Positions 29,469 to 39,093 are shown, numbered from the stretch's first letter. The stretch: 64,000 nt of DNA from an uncultured Elusimicrobia bacterium (GCA_964358485.1 CAYHPY010000005.1:3950-67949); one strand, 5' to 3'. Translations and numbers: made by a program. The notes: generated from the sequence alone by a model not told the origin.

Positions 29469-30596
29469 TCAGCGGGCCAAGTAATCCAAGACGAAGGAAT
29501 AATCCCGTCCCGCGGGGATGACCTGCGAGCCGACGACCTTGAGGCCGGCGGCATCGAAGGCGGCGACCTTCTCTTTCATGGCGGTTTCGGCCTCGCTCTC
29601 GAAAGAGAAAGTCTCCTGCGCCTGATAGGTTTTTACCGTAACGGAAGGGTAGGAAGAAGAACCTCGGTAAATGAACTCCACCAGGAAATCCACCGCGAAG
29701 GAATAGTCCCGCCCGGCCTTGCGGACATAAGAAGAAATGGGCGCGACCCCGGCGGAAGCAAAGACGGCCAAGCTTCGGCGGGCCGCTTCCTCGGCGCCGC
29801 TCTCGAAGGAAAAAATCCCGCGGGCCTGGTAGGACGCGGACGCGTAGCGCGGGCGCGGGCCGTGGCGGTTGGTCCTCAAAGCATATTCGATCTCCACGGA
29901 ATAATCCCGGTCGGGGCGGCGGACCGCGCGCGTGCGCAGGACCGGAATGCCGGCTTGGCGAAAGCGCCCCGCCATTTCCTGGGCGGCGGCCTCGGCCCCG
30001 CTCTCGAAGGTATGTTTGCCCGAGAGGTGCTTCTCGATGCGGACCTCGTCGGTCTGGGCCGGGCGCAGGAGATTGGGAACAAAATAAGCCAGCTCGAAGC
30101 CGTGGTCGCGGCCCGCGGGGACCAGGGCGGAGGCGACGACCGTCAACCCGGCCGAGCGGAGATTGGCCTCGGCCGCGTTCAAGGCCTCCTGGGCGTCGCT
30201 TTCCCGCCAAAAAGACGCGGGGCCGCGATAGGCGCTCAGGATCAGCGCCTGAGGATTTCCAGAGCCGGGCTGGAGCGTGGGAAGGTATTCGACGGCAAAG
30301 CCGTGCTTGCGGTTGGCCTTCTGCGTGGTGCGGCCGCCCAGCACCGTGATTCCGGCCGCGCGAAACGCCGCCAGGCGGTTTTCCAGCTCCTCCCGCGCGT
30401 CGCTTTCGAAGGTGAATTCTTCCTCGGTCTCGTAGACCGCGATCTCGACGGGCCGGGGCGGCTCCGGGGAAGGGCGCTCGTAGCCCGAGGGGGCGAGGCT
30501 CTCCAACTGGACCATGGCCGGGATCGCCCCCGACGGAGTCGAGAAAGCGGGAGTCGAGAAGGCGAGGACGGCGGCCGCGAGGATTGTCGATTTCAT
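29469..30596 (-). CDS. Secreted protein with five ~55-65 aa repeats (F.FES.A...AAG..V...RD(Y/H).F...Y)
   Basis: Signal peptide MKSTILAAAVLAF; five visible repeat units; GGAG SD and TG-G-TACAAT promoter upstream. Confidence 0.8.
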   Translation of the reverse strand: MKSTILAAAVLAFSTPAFSTPSGAIPAMVQLESLAPSGYERPSPEPPRPVEIAVYETEEEFTFESDAREELENRLAAFRAAGITVLGGRTTQKANRKHGFAVEYLPTLQPGSGNPQALILSAYRGPASFWRESDAQEALNAAEANLRSAGLTVVASALVPAGRDHGFELAYFVPNLLRPAQTDEVRIEKHLSGKHTFESGAEAAAQEMAGRFRQAGIPVLRTRAVRRPDRDYSVEIEYALRTNRHGPRPRYASASYQARGIFSFESGAEEAARRSLAVFASAGVAPISSYVRKAGRDYSFAVDFLVEFIYRGSSSYPSVTVKTYQAQETFSFESEAETAMKEKVAAFDAAGLKVVGSQVIPAGRDYSFVLDYLAR

Positions 30597-30686
30597 GAAA
30601 TTCTCCAAAGACTGCTCGGGAAGATTGTACCACAGGACCGGCCCCCCGGAGAGGCGGGAGCGCGGCGGACGTGTTCCTGGGAAGGC

Positions 30687-31133
30687 CTAGGCCGGAGGGC
30701 GTTGCCGGCGGGCCCGGAGGCGCTCAACGAAGAGCTCGAGGTATTTTTCCTCCTTGCAGACCTCGCTGAGGATTTTGGCCGCGTCGCTGAGGCTGACGAT
30801 CCCGACCAGTTTCCCCATTTCCGTGATGGGAATATGGCGGAAGTCGTTCTTGGCGAAGACCGAGAAGACCGTCGCCAGGGGAGCCTCGGTGACGAGGGAT
30901 ACGGGCTTCTCCGTCATGACCTCGACGAGCCTGGTTTTTGCCGGATCCTTCCCGGCCGACACCACCCGGTTGAGCAGGTCGCGTTCGGAGAAAATCCCCA
31001 CCGGCCTGCCGCCGTCGAGAATGACCGCGCAGCCGACCTTGGCTTTGGTCATCATCTGGCAGGTCTGGAGAACCGTATCGGACATCGTCGCCGCGAGGAC
31101 TTCGCAGGCGAGCAGGCTGGCGTCGTGAGACAT
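30687..31133 (-). CDS. CBS domain pair protein
   Basis: VGCAVILD...VGIFSERD and FRHIPI...LVGIVS..D. Start re-placed at ATG 31133. Confidence 0.9.
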   Translation of the reverse strand: MSHDASLLACEVLAATMSDTVLQTCQMMTKAKVGCAVILDGGRPVGIFSERDLLNRVVSAGKDPAKTRLVEVMTEKPVSLVTEAPLATVFSVFAKNDFRHIPITEMGKLVGIVSLSDAAKILSEVCKEEKYLELFVERLRARRQRPPA

Positions 31134-31297
31134 AAACCACCTCCACGCTCGGGACATTCCGAGGAGGCGGTCTCGGGCGCCGGCGGCGCCCCGGGGCCTG
31201 GACAGGGGTTGCGTCCCCATGAGTTTAGCCGGATTTCTCCGACGGCGCAAGGCCCCCTCCCCGACGAGGCGGGAGCGCCCCGTAAGATCCCCCGGAA

Positions 31298-31323
31298 GGG
31301 CGACTGTTTGAATACAGTCGCCC
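31298..31323. repeat. Intergenic hairpin (10-bp arms), inverted relative of 29433-29460
   Basis: GGGCGACTGT-TTGAAT-ACAGTCGCCC. Confidence 0.7.
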
Positions 31324-31379
31324 CCCGTTCACACCTTAAACCTGGAAACTTCCGTCTTTACCTCTTATACTATCGAGGC

Positions 31380-32216
31380 ATGAGCCCCTCCGACCCGGAA
31401 CCGGAAAGACAAAACCCCCGCCCCGGCGCGGGGGACTCTGATTCCCAAGCAAACCGGGGCGGGGCGTATGTTCCTCTCCCTCCAAACCCAACCCCAACTC
31501 CCTCTAAGAAACTAGCCCTGGCGGCGGGAGCTCTGGCCGCTCTGCTGGCCGGCACCGGGATTTTTCAGATGCTGCGCGCGCCCGCGCCGCCGGTCCAGCC
31601 GCCGGCCGAAACGGGACTGGCCCTGGCCGCGAAAACCAAAAAAGTTTTTCTGGTCAGCATGAAAGACTTGGACGCGCAGGCCACCTCCCGCGCGCGCCAG
31701 ACCATGGGCGCTCCCGGAACGGCCTCGGCCGGGGAGCCCTCCCGGGATCCGTCGATGTTGTCGGCCCCCGGCCCGGGGGTGGTTCGGACCGACGGGCTCC
31801 GCGCGCCCGAACTCCGCCCGGCTCCGGCGCCGCCCGCCCAAGCCCCGGACGGTTCGGGCGTGCTGGACGCCCTCTCCGCCGCGCCGCAAACCGTCAAAGA
31901 GCAGGTCCGCAACGGGTCCATGAGCCTGTTCACCTTCCACTTCGTGGATTTCGTGGCCGAGGATGGAGACATCGTGGGCGTGAGCGTGGACGGCCGGGAC
32001 CTGGGGCGGGTGACCTTGAGCCACGCCGGGGCCAGCCTCACCATCCCGCTCAAGCCCGGGGAACAGCACGTCATCCGCTTCACGGCTCTGCACGACGGCG
32101 GGGGCGGAGTGACCTTCGGCGCGGTGTCCTCCGTGGGACGGCTCAAGACCAAGGTCATGACGGTGGGCGAATATGACGAGTGGGTCATCGCCTTCCAAAG
32201 CGAGCTCGGCCGGTGA
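31380..32216 (+). CDS. Single-pass membrane protein with Pro-rich linker and C-terminal beta-rich domain
   Basis: ATG 31380, 8 nt after TATACT. TM segment LALAAGALAALLAGTGIF; C-terminal EDGDIVGVSVDG...GGGGVTFG. Confidence 0.75.
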   Translation: MSPSDPEPERQNPRPGAGDSDSQANRGGAYVPLPPNPTPTPSKKLALAAGALAALLAGTGIFQMLRAPAPPVQPPAETGLALAAKTKKVFLVSMKDLDAQATSRARQTMGAPGTASAGEPSRDPSMLSAPGPGVVRTDGLRAPELRPAPAPPAQAPDGSGVLDALSAAPQTVKEQVRNGSMSLFTFHFVDFVAEDGDIVGVSVDGRDLGRVTLSHAGASLTIPLKPGEQHVIRFTALHDGGGGVTFGAVSSVGRLKTKVMTVGEYDEWVIAFQSELGR

Positions 32217-32227
32217 CCAAGACCTCG

Positions 32228-33343
32228 ATGCATCCGCTGTTCATGCTCATGGCGGTCGTGGGCATCGGCTCCGGGCTGTACTCCCTTTACCAGCGCGTCC
32301 CGGTGGTGGCTCCCGCGACCCTTTTTATCAGTCTGGTCGGCCTGATGGTCCGAACCTGGCAGCTCACCCGCGAGAAGAGCCAGGACGCCTCCCCCTCCGG
32401 AGGAATCGACTTCGCGGCCCTCCGGGCCAAGGATTTCCGGCGCTACGCCCCGTGGCTCAAGGACAACGTCCGCGGCCACGATCCGGTGATCGATTCCCTG
32501 ACCCGGCGGCTCCAGCAGGGGTTGGAGCTGGCCGGCGCCAACCGGACCTTGGGAACCTTTCTTTTGGTGGGGCCGACGGGAACCGGCAAGACTTTCCTGG
32601 CGGAGATGGCGGCCCGGGCGCTTTATCCGGGCAGCGAGCCGCTGATCCTGCGCATGAACCAGTACAAGCACTCCGACGACGTGTTCACCCTCCTGGGCCC
32701 CCCGCCCGGCTCGGCGGGCTACGAGGTCGGCGGGGCCCTGACGCGGCCGGTCCTGGAGAATCCCCAGCGGGTCATTCTTCTTGATGAAATCGACAAGTGC
32801 CACCCCGACATCCGGGACTGCCTCTACAACATCCTGGACACCGCCCAGTGCCGGGAGAAGAGCTCGGGGCGCCCGGTGCATTTCCACGCCTGCGCCTTTT
32901 TCGCCACCTGCAACTCCGGCGTGGAAAGCCTCCGCCAATTGGAGCTGACCAAGCCCGACGCGGCCACCCGCATCGGGCGGGCCCGGGACGCCTTGGCGCG
33001 CTCCGGGGGCTTCGAGAAATCCTTCCTGGCGCGTTTCGACGAGATCTTCCTCATGGACGAGCTCCCCCTCATGAGCGTGGCCGAGGTCGCCTGCCTGCAA
33101 TTGGCCAAGCATTGGAAGGAGTACGGCATCGAGGTGACCTACGCCTCCCCCGAGATCCTGGTGGACGCCATCCGCCGCAACTCCGAGTTCTCCGAGTACG
33201 GGGTGCGCCAGCTTTCTCATCTGATCCAAGGCATGGCCGATCCCTGGATCGAGGCCGCGCGCAAGGGAGGGGCGAGCAAGGTCCGGCTGGACGTGGAGCC
33301 CGGGACCGGGAAGATCAACGTCGTCCTCCAGGACGCCGCGTGA
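32228..33343 (+). CDS. Membrane-anchored single-domain AAA+ ATPase, ClpB NBD2 (AAA_2) type
   Basis: Two N-terminal hydrophobic segments; GPTGTGKT; pore loop GYEVGG; LLDEIDKCH; ATCN; LARFD; GVRQL. Confidence 0.88.
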   Translation: MHPLFMLMAVVGIGSGLYSLYQRVPVVAPATLFISLVGLMVRTWQLTREKSQDASPSGGIDFAALRAKDFRRYAPWLKDNVRGHDPVIDSLTRRLQQGLELAGANRTLGTFLLVGPTGTGKTFLAEMAARALYPGSEPLILRMNQYKHSDDVFTLLGPPPGSAGYEVGGALTRPVLENPQRVILLDEIDKCHPDIRDCLYNILDTAQCREKSSGRPVHFHACAFFATCNSGVESLRQLELTKPDAATRIGRARDALARSGGFEKSFLARFDEIFLMDELPLMSVAEVACLQLAKHWKEYGIEVTYASPEILVDAIRRNSEFSEYGVRQLSHLIQGMADPWIEAARKGGASKVRLDVEPGTGKINVVLQDAA

Positions 33344-34647
33344 CCAAGGAACTTCACGAAGACCCCTGGATCCAGGTCTTCGCCCTCCTGGCCCTGCTCT
33401 CCGGGGCGCTGACCTTGCACGGTTTGACCCAGCGGATCATCGGCATCGGCGCGGGACGCCCGTCCCCCGCGCCTTCCGGGCCGCGGCCTACCGGCGCGGG
33501 CGCCGAGGACGCCTCGGAAAGCCGCATGAAAATCCTCGCCCCCGGCGGGAGCCTGGCCGAGGTCGGCGCTCCTTCCCTCACCGGCCAGCCGTCCCTGGAG
33601 GACGTCCTGCTCGGCCGCTCGCCCACGGCGTCCTCCCCCGCGGCGGCGCCCTTGCTGGGAGGAACGGGCGTGCAAAAAACCATCCACGCCAAGACTCCGG
33701 GCAAATGGATCGTGGACGCCGCCAAGGGGGCCGACTCCGATACCGACGACCTCTCCGCGGCGCTGGCCAGCGTATCCGCCGGGGACTCCGTGAAGGTCCG
33801 GCCCGGAACCTACAAGGGCAATCTGCTCATCGACAAGCCCGTCACGGTCGAAGGGCTGGGGTCCTCTCCCGGGGCCGTCATCGTGCAGGGCTCCCAATCC
33901 CAAACCGTGAGCGTGGCCGGCGCCGCCGTCGTTCTGCGCAACCTGACCGTCAAGCACGACGGCCTCAAGGCCACGCGCGCCATTCTCAATCAAAAAGGAA
34001 CTTTGACTCTGGACCGCGTGACCATCCAATCGGCCCCCGGCGCCCTGGGGGTGGAAACCCGCGGCGGGATCGTGGACGCCACGGGCCTCAAGGTCGAATC
34101 GTCCTATGTCGGCGTCGGGGGCTCGGAGGGCGCCACCCTCAAGCTCGCCTCCACGGAGATTTCCGCGCCGGAGGCCGTCGGGGTGGCCCTGGCCCGGGGC
34201 GGATTGCTGGAACTCTCCGCCTCGACCATCCGGGGCTCCGGCGGCCACGGAATCCTCCTTTACGAAGGGGCCGAGGCCAAGGTCGTAAAAACCTCGGTCA
34301 GCGGCAGCAAGAACTGCGCCTTGAGCATCCAGAACGCCTCGGCCAAGCTCGACGGGGTCCGCTTCAACGACAACGATTGCGGCGTCATCTTCCCGGCCGG
34401 GGGCTCCTTGGAGTCCGACCGAGGGGATTTCGGCAGGAATGCCAAGGGGCCGCTCTCCTACCAAGAGGCTTTTCGCGCCCTCATCGAGGTCAAGGGCACG
34501 GCCAACCGCCCGGCGTTGGCGCTCGGGCAAATCGCCGGTTTCGACCAGGGCCCCGCGGGCGCCGCCCCCAGCCTGGGAAGCCGCCGGGACTTCGGGCGTT
34601 TCGACATTTTCAAAGCGGATCCTCTCCGAAAAAAGAAACGCCAGTGA
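33340..34647 (+). CDS. Membrane-anchored right-handed beta-helix protein (paralogue 1)
   Basis: GTG start overlapping the previous stop. N-terminal TM, 'VKVRPGTYKG.L.I' pectin-lyase-fold cap and repetitive beta strands. Confidence 0.82.
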   Translation: MTKELHEDPWIQVFALLALLSGALTLHGLTQRIIGIGAGRPSPAPSGPRPTGAGAEDASESRMKILAPGGSLAEVGAPSLTGQPSLEDVLLGRSPTASSPAAAPLLGGTGVQKTIHAKTPGKWIVDAAKGADSDTDDLSAALASVSAGDSVKVRPGTYKGNLLIDKPVTVEGLGSSPGAVIVQGSQSQTVSVAGAAVVLRNLTVKHDGLKATRAILNQKGTLTLDRVTIQSAPGALGVETRGGIVDATGLKVESSYVGVGGSEGATLKLASTEISAPEAVGVALARGGLLELSASTIRGSGGHGILLYEGAEAKVVKTSVSGSKNCALSIQNASAKLDGVRFNDNDCGVIFPAGGSLESDRGDFGRNAKGPLSYQEAFRALIEVKGTANRPALALGQIAGFDQGPAGAAPSLGSRRDFGRFDIFKADPLRKKKRQ

Positions 34648-35849
34648 AGCGCCTTGCCGAGGACGCCTGGTTTCAAATCTTCCTGCTTCTGGCCCTGCTC
34701 TCCGGGGCGATGACGGCGCATAGCGGACTGCTGAGGGTCGGGCGGGCCGGCGCGCCGCGCGCATTTTGGCGCTCCTGGACGGGGCGCGCGCTGGAACCCC
34801 GGGTGCCGGGCAAGTGGGTGGTGGACGCGGCCTCCGGCGCGGGCGCCGACACCTCCAACCTGGAAGAGGCGCTCGAGGCGGCCCGCCCGGGAGGCGAGAT
34901 CCTGATCCGGCCCGGCGCCTACTCCCTGAGCGCGGCGCTCAACCGCCCCCTGACTTTGACCGGACAAGGGGCGGGGCCGGAGGAAACGACCCTGACGGCA
35001 TCCTCCTCCACGGCGCTGGCGGTGACCATGGGCAAGGTGACCCTGCGCAACCTGACCGTGGCCGTCGACGGTTCGGGAGGCGCCGCCCTGCGGGTGGACG
35101 GCGGAGAATTGTCCCTGTCGCGGGTGCGCCTGCGCGCCGCCGCGGGTTCCCTCGGGGCGGAGGTCCTCCGCGGGCGGCTGAGCGCGGAGGAAACCGTTTT
35201 CGACGGAGAAGGGACGGGAGCCCTTATCCTCGGACGCGCGTCCCGCGGCGAATTCAACGGCGCATTGTTCTATAATACGGGCCATGCCTTGCGCGTCTCG
35301 GACGGAGCCCAAGCGATGGTGAGCAGTTCCACCTTTAAGGACAACGCCGGGGCCTTCTCCGCCGACGCCGAGGGCTCCATCTCGGACCTCGGCTCGACCT
35401 TGCGCAACAGCCGGGAATCGGCCGTGCTCGCGGTGGACCGTTCCAAGGTCCAGCTTTCGGGCACCCGCATCGAGGGGTCGGGCAAGCACGGGGTCTCCCT
35501 GGGCCAAGGCGCCACCGCGGCCCTGCACCGGGTCTCGATCACCGGCAGCGGCGGGGCGGCCGTGTCGGTCTCGGGAAAGGCGGAGCTTCACGCCATCACC
35601 ATCCAGCTCCGGGACAACCGAAGCTGCGCCCTGGAGCTCGAAAACGCCGAGGCCTTCCTCGACGCCGCCGTCGTCCAGGGAAATCAATGCGGCGTGGCCT
35701 TTTTCGGCCGGGGCGCCCTGCAGTCCAACGCCGGGGATTTTACCGGAAACTCCCGCGGCGCCCTGCTTTACTCGGAAAAATTCAAATCCAAGATCTTTTT
35801 GAAAGGCGCCGGGAATCTTCCCCCGGATTTCCAAGGCCTGTTCCGCTAA
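34644..35849 (+). CDS. Membrane-anchored right-handed beta-helix protein (paralogue 2)
   Basis: GTG start overlapping the previous stop. Shares D.W.Q.F.LLALLSGA, PGKW.VDAA and IRPG.Y with paralogue 1. Confidence 0.82.
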   Translation: MKRLAEDAWFQIFLLLALLSGAMTAHSGLLRVGRAGAPRAFWRSWTGRALEPRVPGKWVVDAASGAGADTSNLEEALEAARPGGEILIRPGAYSLSAALNRPLTLTGQGAGPEETTLTASSSTALAVTMGKVTLRNLTVAVDGSGGAALRVDGGELSLSRVRLRAAAGSLGAEVLRGRLSAEETVFDGEGTGALILGRASRGEFNGALFYNTGHALRVSDGAQAMVSSSTFKDNAGAFSADAEGSISDLGSTLRNSRESAVLAVDRSKVQLSGTRIEGSGKHGVSLGQGATAALHRVSITGSGGAAVSVSGKAELHAITIQLRDNRSCALELENAEAFLDAAVVQGNQCGVAFFGRGALQSNAGDFTGNSRGALLYSEKFKSKIFLKGAGNLPPDFQGLFR

Positions 35850-35859
35850 GAGGAAAACC

Positions 35860-36909
35860 ATGTCCGACCTGAACAAGATGACCGACTGGGACAAGCTCAA
35901 GGGGATGCTGGAGAAGGAGCCCCTCGACAAGAAAAGCGAGGTGATCGACGAGGCCAAGCTCTTGGACCACCTCCAGTCCCGGGTCAAGGGGCAGGACGAG
36001 GTCCTCCGGGACGTGGCGCGCCTGATCCGCCTGAGCTGGATGAAGGAGAAGCGCGGCGCCCCCATCTGCAACCTCCTCTTCCTGGGCCCGACCGGCACCG
36101 GCAAGACGGAGCTGGCCAAGGCCATCACCGAGTACCTTTACGAGGACGAGAAGAACATGCTGCGCTTCGACTGCTCGGAGCTGGCCAGCCCCGAGATGGC
36201 GGCCAACCGCCTGACCGGCTCGGCGCAGGGCTACAAGGGTTCCGACCAGGGCGGACAGCTCACGCGGCCGATGTTCGCCAACCCCAAGCGCGTGGTACTT
36301 TTCGATGAAATCGAAAAGGCCCATCCGCTGGTGTTCGACCTTTTCCTTCAAATGATGGGCGAGGGGCGCCTCTCCGAGCAGAGTACGGGCAAGACTGCGG
36401 ATTTCACCCAGTCGATCATCATCATGACCTCCAACGCCCACGCCGAGGAAATCACCAAGCTGGTCGAGGGCATCGACGACTACCACAAGATCCTCAACGC
36501 CATCAAGGGCTACCTGGCCGAGGCGCAGGTCTTCCGGCCGGAGATCCTGGGACGCATCGACAAGGTCTACATCTTCAAGCCCCTGCAGGGCATGGTCATC
36601 GCCGAGATCGCCCTGCTCAAGATCGCCAAGCTCGCCAAGGAATACGGAATGAGCGTGGAGTTCGTCGCGCCGGAGCTCCTCATCCAGGCACTGGAAGCCA
36701 ACGTCAAGGTCAGCCGCTTCGGCATCCGGGAGCTGGAGCGGATCCTGTTCGACCTCTTCGCCAACCTCCTGGTCGAAGCCCGCGCCAAGGGCGCCAAGAA
36801 GGTGGCCTTCGACGTGGACGACGCCGGGACAATCCAGTGCCGCGACGCCACCCCCAAGCCGCCGCCGGCGGCCGGGAAGGCGCAGGCCGACGGCGCCCCT
36901 AAGAAATAG
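35860..36909 (+). CDS. Soluble single-domain AAA+ ATPase, ClpB NBD2 (AAA_2) type
   Basis: RVKGQD; LFLGPTGTGKT; GYKGSDQGG; LFDEIEKAH; MTSN; FRPEILGRID; GIREL. Confidence 0.9.
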   Translation: MSDLNKMTDWDKLKGMLEKEPLDKKSEVIDEAKLLDHLQSRVKGQDEVLRDVARLIRLSWMKEKRGAPICNLLFLGPTGTGKTELAKAITEYLYEDEKNMLRFDCSELASPEMAANRLTGSAQGYKGSDQGGQLTRPMFANPKRVVLFDEIEKAHPLVFDLFLQMMGEGRLSEQSTGKTADFTQSIIIMTSNAHAEEITKLVEGIDDYHKILNAIKGYLAEAQVFRPEILGRIDKVYIFKPLQGMVIAEIALLKIAKLAKEYGMSVEFVAPELLIQALEANVKVSRFGIRELERILFDLFANLLVEARAKGAKKVAFDVDDAGTIQCRDATPKPPPAAGKAQADGAPKK

Positions 36910-37657
36910 CCTTTTCCGCCGCGGCGCGGGCCATGACCACGTCGTCGGACCAGATCGAGCGGATGCCCCGGGCCACCAGCCACTCCACTTGCTCGGGCGT
37001 GTTGGCCACCCCCCCGCTGACCGGAATGCCCGCGGCCTGGGTGCGGCCCACCTCCCCCGGCAGGTCGGCCAGGGCGCAGGCCGACTGAAACAGGTGGCGG
37101 GTAAACCCCCGTTGGTCCCAGCCCACGCAGGCGGCCGACACCCCCAAGGCCGTACAGCGCTCGGCCATCCTCCACGGCAGTTGGGGCATCACCGCGGTCC
37201 GGATGCGTGGGTCGAATTTCTTGGCCAAGCGCAGGAGGCGCCCGGAGGTCCAGAAGGCCAGCACGAAGGTCCGGGCCCAGGCTCGCGCGGCCTCCAGCCG
37301 GCGGGCGACGGCCTCGACCAGTCGCTCGTCGTCCTCGTGAAAATCGATGAAACACTCCACGGAAGGACGGGCCGCCAGCCACGAAAGCAGGTCGTCCAGG
37401 TGCGGGATGGCGCAACGGCCGCCCACCCGCAGCTCGCGCAATCGCGCCCAGGAAAGGCCGCGTACGGGCCCCGCCCTCCCCGTCAACCGCCCGGCGTCGT
37501 CGTCATGGAATAGCACGGGCTCCCCGTCGCCGGTCAGGCGGACGTCCACCTCCAGCGAATCGGCCCCGTCCCGGAGCGCGGCCTGGGCCCCCTCCAGGGT
37601 GTTTTCGATTCCGCGCGCTTTGCCGCAGCGGTGGGCGAGAATCTTGACCCCGCTCAC
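36899..37657 (-). CDS. Glycerophosphodiester phosphodiesterase
   Basis: AHR, ENT, LEVDVRLT.DG..VLFHD. GTG start overlapping the upstream stop. Confidence 0.85.
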   Translation of the reverse strand: MSGVKILAHRCGKARGIENTLEGAQAALRDGADSLEVDVRLTGDGEPVLFHDDDAGRLTGRAGPVRGLSWARLRELRVGGRCAIPHLDDLLSWLAARPSVECFIDFHEDDERLVEAVARRLEAARAWARTFVLAFWTSGRLLRLAKKFDPRIRTAVMPQLPWRMAERCTALGVSAACVGWDQRGFTRHLFQSACALADLPGEVGRTQAAGIPVSGGVANTPEQVEWLVARGIRSIWSDDVVMARAAAEKAIS

Positions 37658-39093
37658 AAACGGCCGGGTTGCAGGATCCCGCGAGGATCGCGCTCGGCTT
37701 TCAGGCGCCGCTGCGCCTCCAGGCGGGGGCCCAGGCATTGCGCCCGCCAGGGCCGCTTGGCCAGGCCCACGCCGTGGTGGTGGTTGGGGGAAGCGCCCGC
37801 GGCCACTGCGGCGTCGATGAGCGTCCGCCAGGTTTCCGAATGCGCCTGCCGGGTGGCTTCGGGACCTGAGCGGCGCCCGGCCGCGCTCACATAGAGGCAC
37901 CCCCCCCCCTTCTCGAAATGGGCGAAATGGCCCATGGCCAGCACGCCTTCCGGGCGGGCCTTGAGCACCGCCTCGTAAAGGATCCCGAGCCGCTCCCAGG
38001 AGGCGGAGAGATCGATGGTGTCCACGAAACAGGCCCGGGCCATGAGCCCGGTCAACTTTTTATGATCCCAGTGGTAGCGCCGATTCCACCAGCGGCGGGC
38101 CGGCCGTTCGTCGAGCAAACCCCCCTCTTTCAACAGAGTCTCCCGGACCCGCGCGGACTCGCCGGGCTCGGCGTCCTCCAGCACCACCACGAGCCACCAA
38201 TGCGTCCCGCCCAAGGCCCGCTCCACCAAACCCGGGTGTCCCAGCGCCCAGGCCCGCAGGGACAAGGACCAAGCCTCCGGAAGAAAGCCCGCCCCGTCCT
38301 CCTTGGTCAGGCCCATGGCGTTGGCCTCCAGGGCGTCGTAAAGCCGGGCCACCGCCGGAGGACGCCCCCCGGTCTGGAGCGCGCGCGCCGCCGCCAAGGC
38401 CGGTCCCAAGGCGGGGAAGCGAGCCGCGAAAAATTCCCGGTTTTTGGGCAGAGAGCGCACGCGCAAGCCCGCCTGCGTGACGACGCCCAAAGCGCCCTCG
38501 CTCAAATACGCCGCGTCCACCCCTTCCTCGACCCTTTGGCCGTCGCCCAGAATCGTGCGCGCGCTCAGAACCTGGCTCCCGATGTCGCCGTAGAGCGTGG
38601 ACATCTGCCCGGAGGACCCCGACGCGATCCAGCCTCCGACCGTCGAAATGTCCAAGGAGGCGGGAAAGTGCATCAGGGAAAGACCGAGCGCGTTGAGCCG
38701 GCGCTCCAACTCTCCACCCAACAGCCCCCCGCCCACAACGGCCACCGAGCCGGCCCCCTCGGCCCGGACCGAGAAGTCCGCGAGGTCCAATGTTTCGAGC
38801 ACGACGCAGTCGGGGCGGTCGGGCACGGCCGCCCCGCACACCCCGGAGCCGTTGCCCCGCGTCACGACCGCCACGCCCTGGCGGGACGCCCAGGACAGCA
38901 GGGCCGACACCTCGTCTTCGTCGCGCGGGCGGGCGACGGCCGAAGGCGCGCGGCGGGTGAGCTCGCCCTGGTCCCACCACAAGGCCTGGGGCCACAGATC
39001 GCGCGAGCGCGCGGCCCGCTCGGCCGGGTCCTCGATGAAAACGCCGCGCGTCATGGCGCGCAGGTCCCGCCGCAGCCCTTCAGAGATCGGCAT
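37654..39093 (-). CDS. FAD-linked oxidase, alkyl-DHAP synthase-like (VAO/PCMH fold)
   Basis: RGNGSGVCG, HFPAS...STVGGW..., SEG..GVVT, GHFAH, HHHGVG. Confidence 0.82.
   Translation of the reverse strand: MPISEGLRRDLRAMTRGVFIEDPAERAARSRDLWPQALWWDQGELTRRAPSAVARPRDEDEVSALLSWASRQGVAVVTRGNGSGVCGAAVPDRPDCVVLETLDLADFSVRAEGAGSVAVVGGGLLGGELERRLNALGLSLMHFPASLDISTVGGWIASGSSGQMSTLYGDIGSQVLSARTILGDGQRVEEGVDAAYLSEGALGVVTQAGLRVRSLPKNREFFAARFPALGPALAAARALQTGGRPPAVARLYDALEANAMGLTKEDGAGFLPEAWSLSLRAWALGHPGLVERALGGTHWWLVVVLEDAEPGESARVRETLLKEGGLLDERPARRWWNRRYHWDHKKLTGLMARACFVDTIDLSASWERLGILYEAVLKARPEGVLAMGHFAHFEKGGGCLYVSAAGRRSGPEATRQAHSETWRTLIDAAVAAGASPNHHHGVGLAKRPWRAQCLGPRLEAQRRLKAERDPRGILQPGRL

Noticed and set aside
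30651-31278. 13-bp direct repeat GAGGCGGGAGCGC flanking the CBS gene (target-site duplication?)
   Set aside because: Low-complexity G-rich 13-mer, with a near copy at about 7532. No terminal repeats or mobility gene; plausibly chance.
32228-36909. Split or frameshifted clpB, or a T6SS ClpV
   Set aside because: Both ATPases are NBD2-type rather than NBD1 plus NBD2. They are separated by two intact genes, and no T6SS components are in the window.
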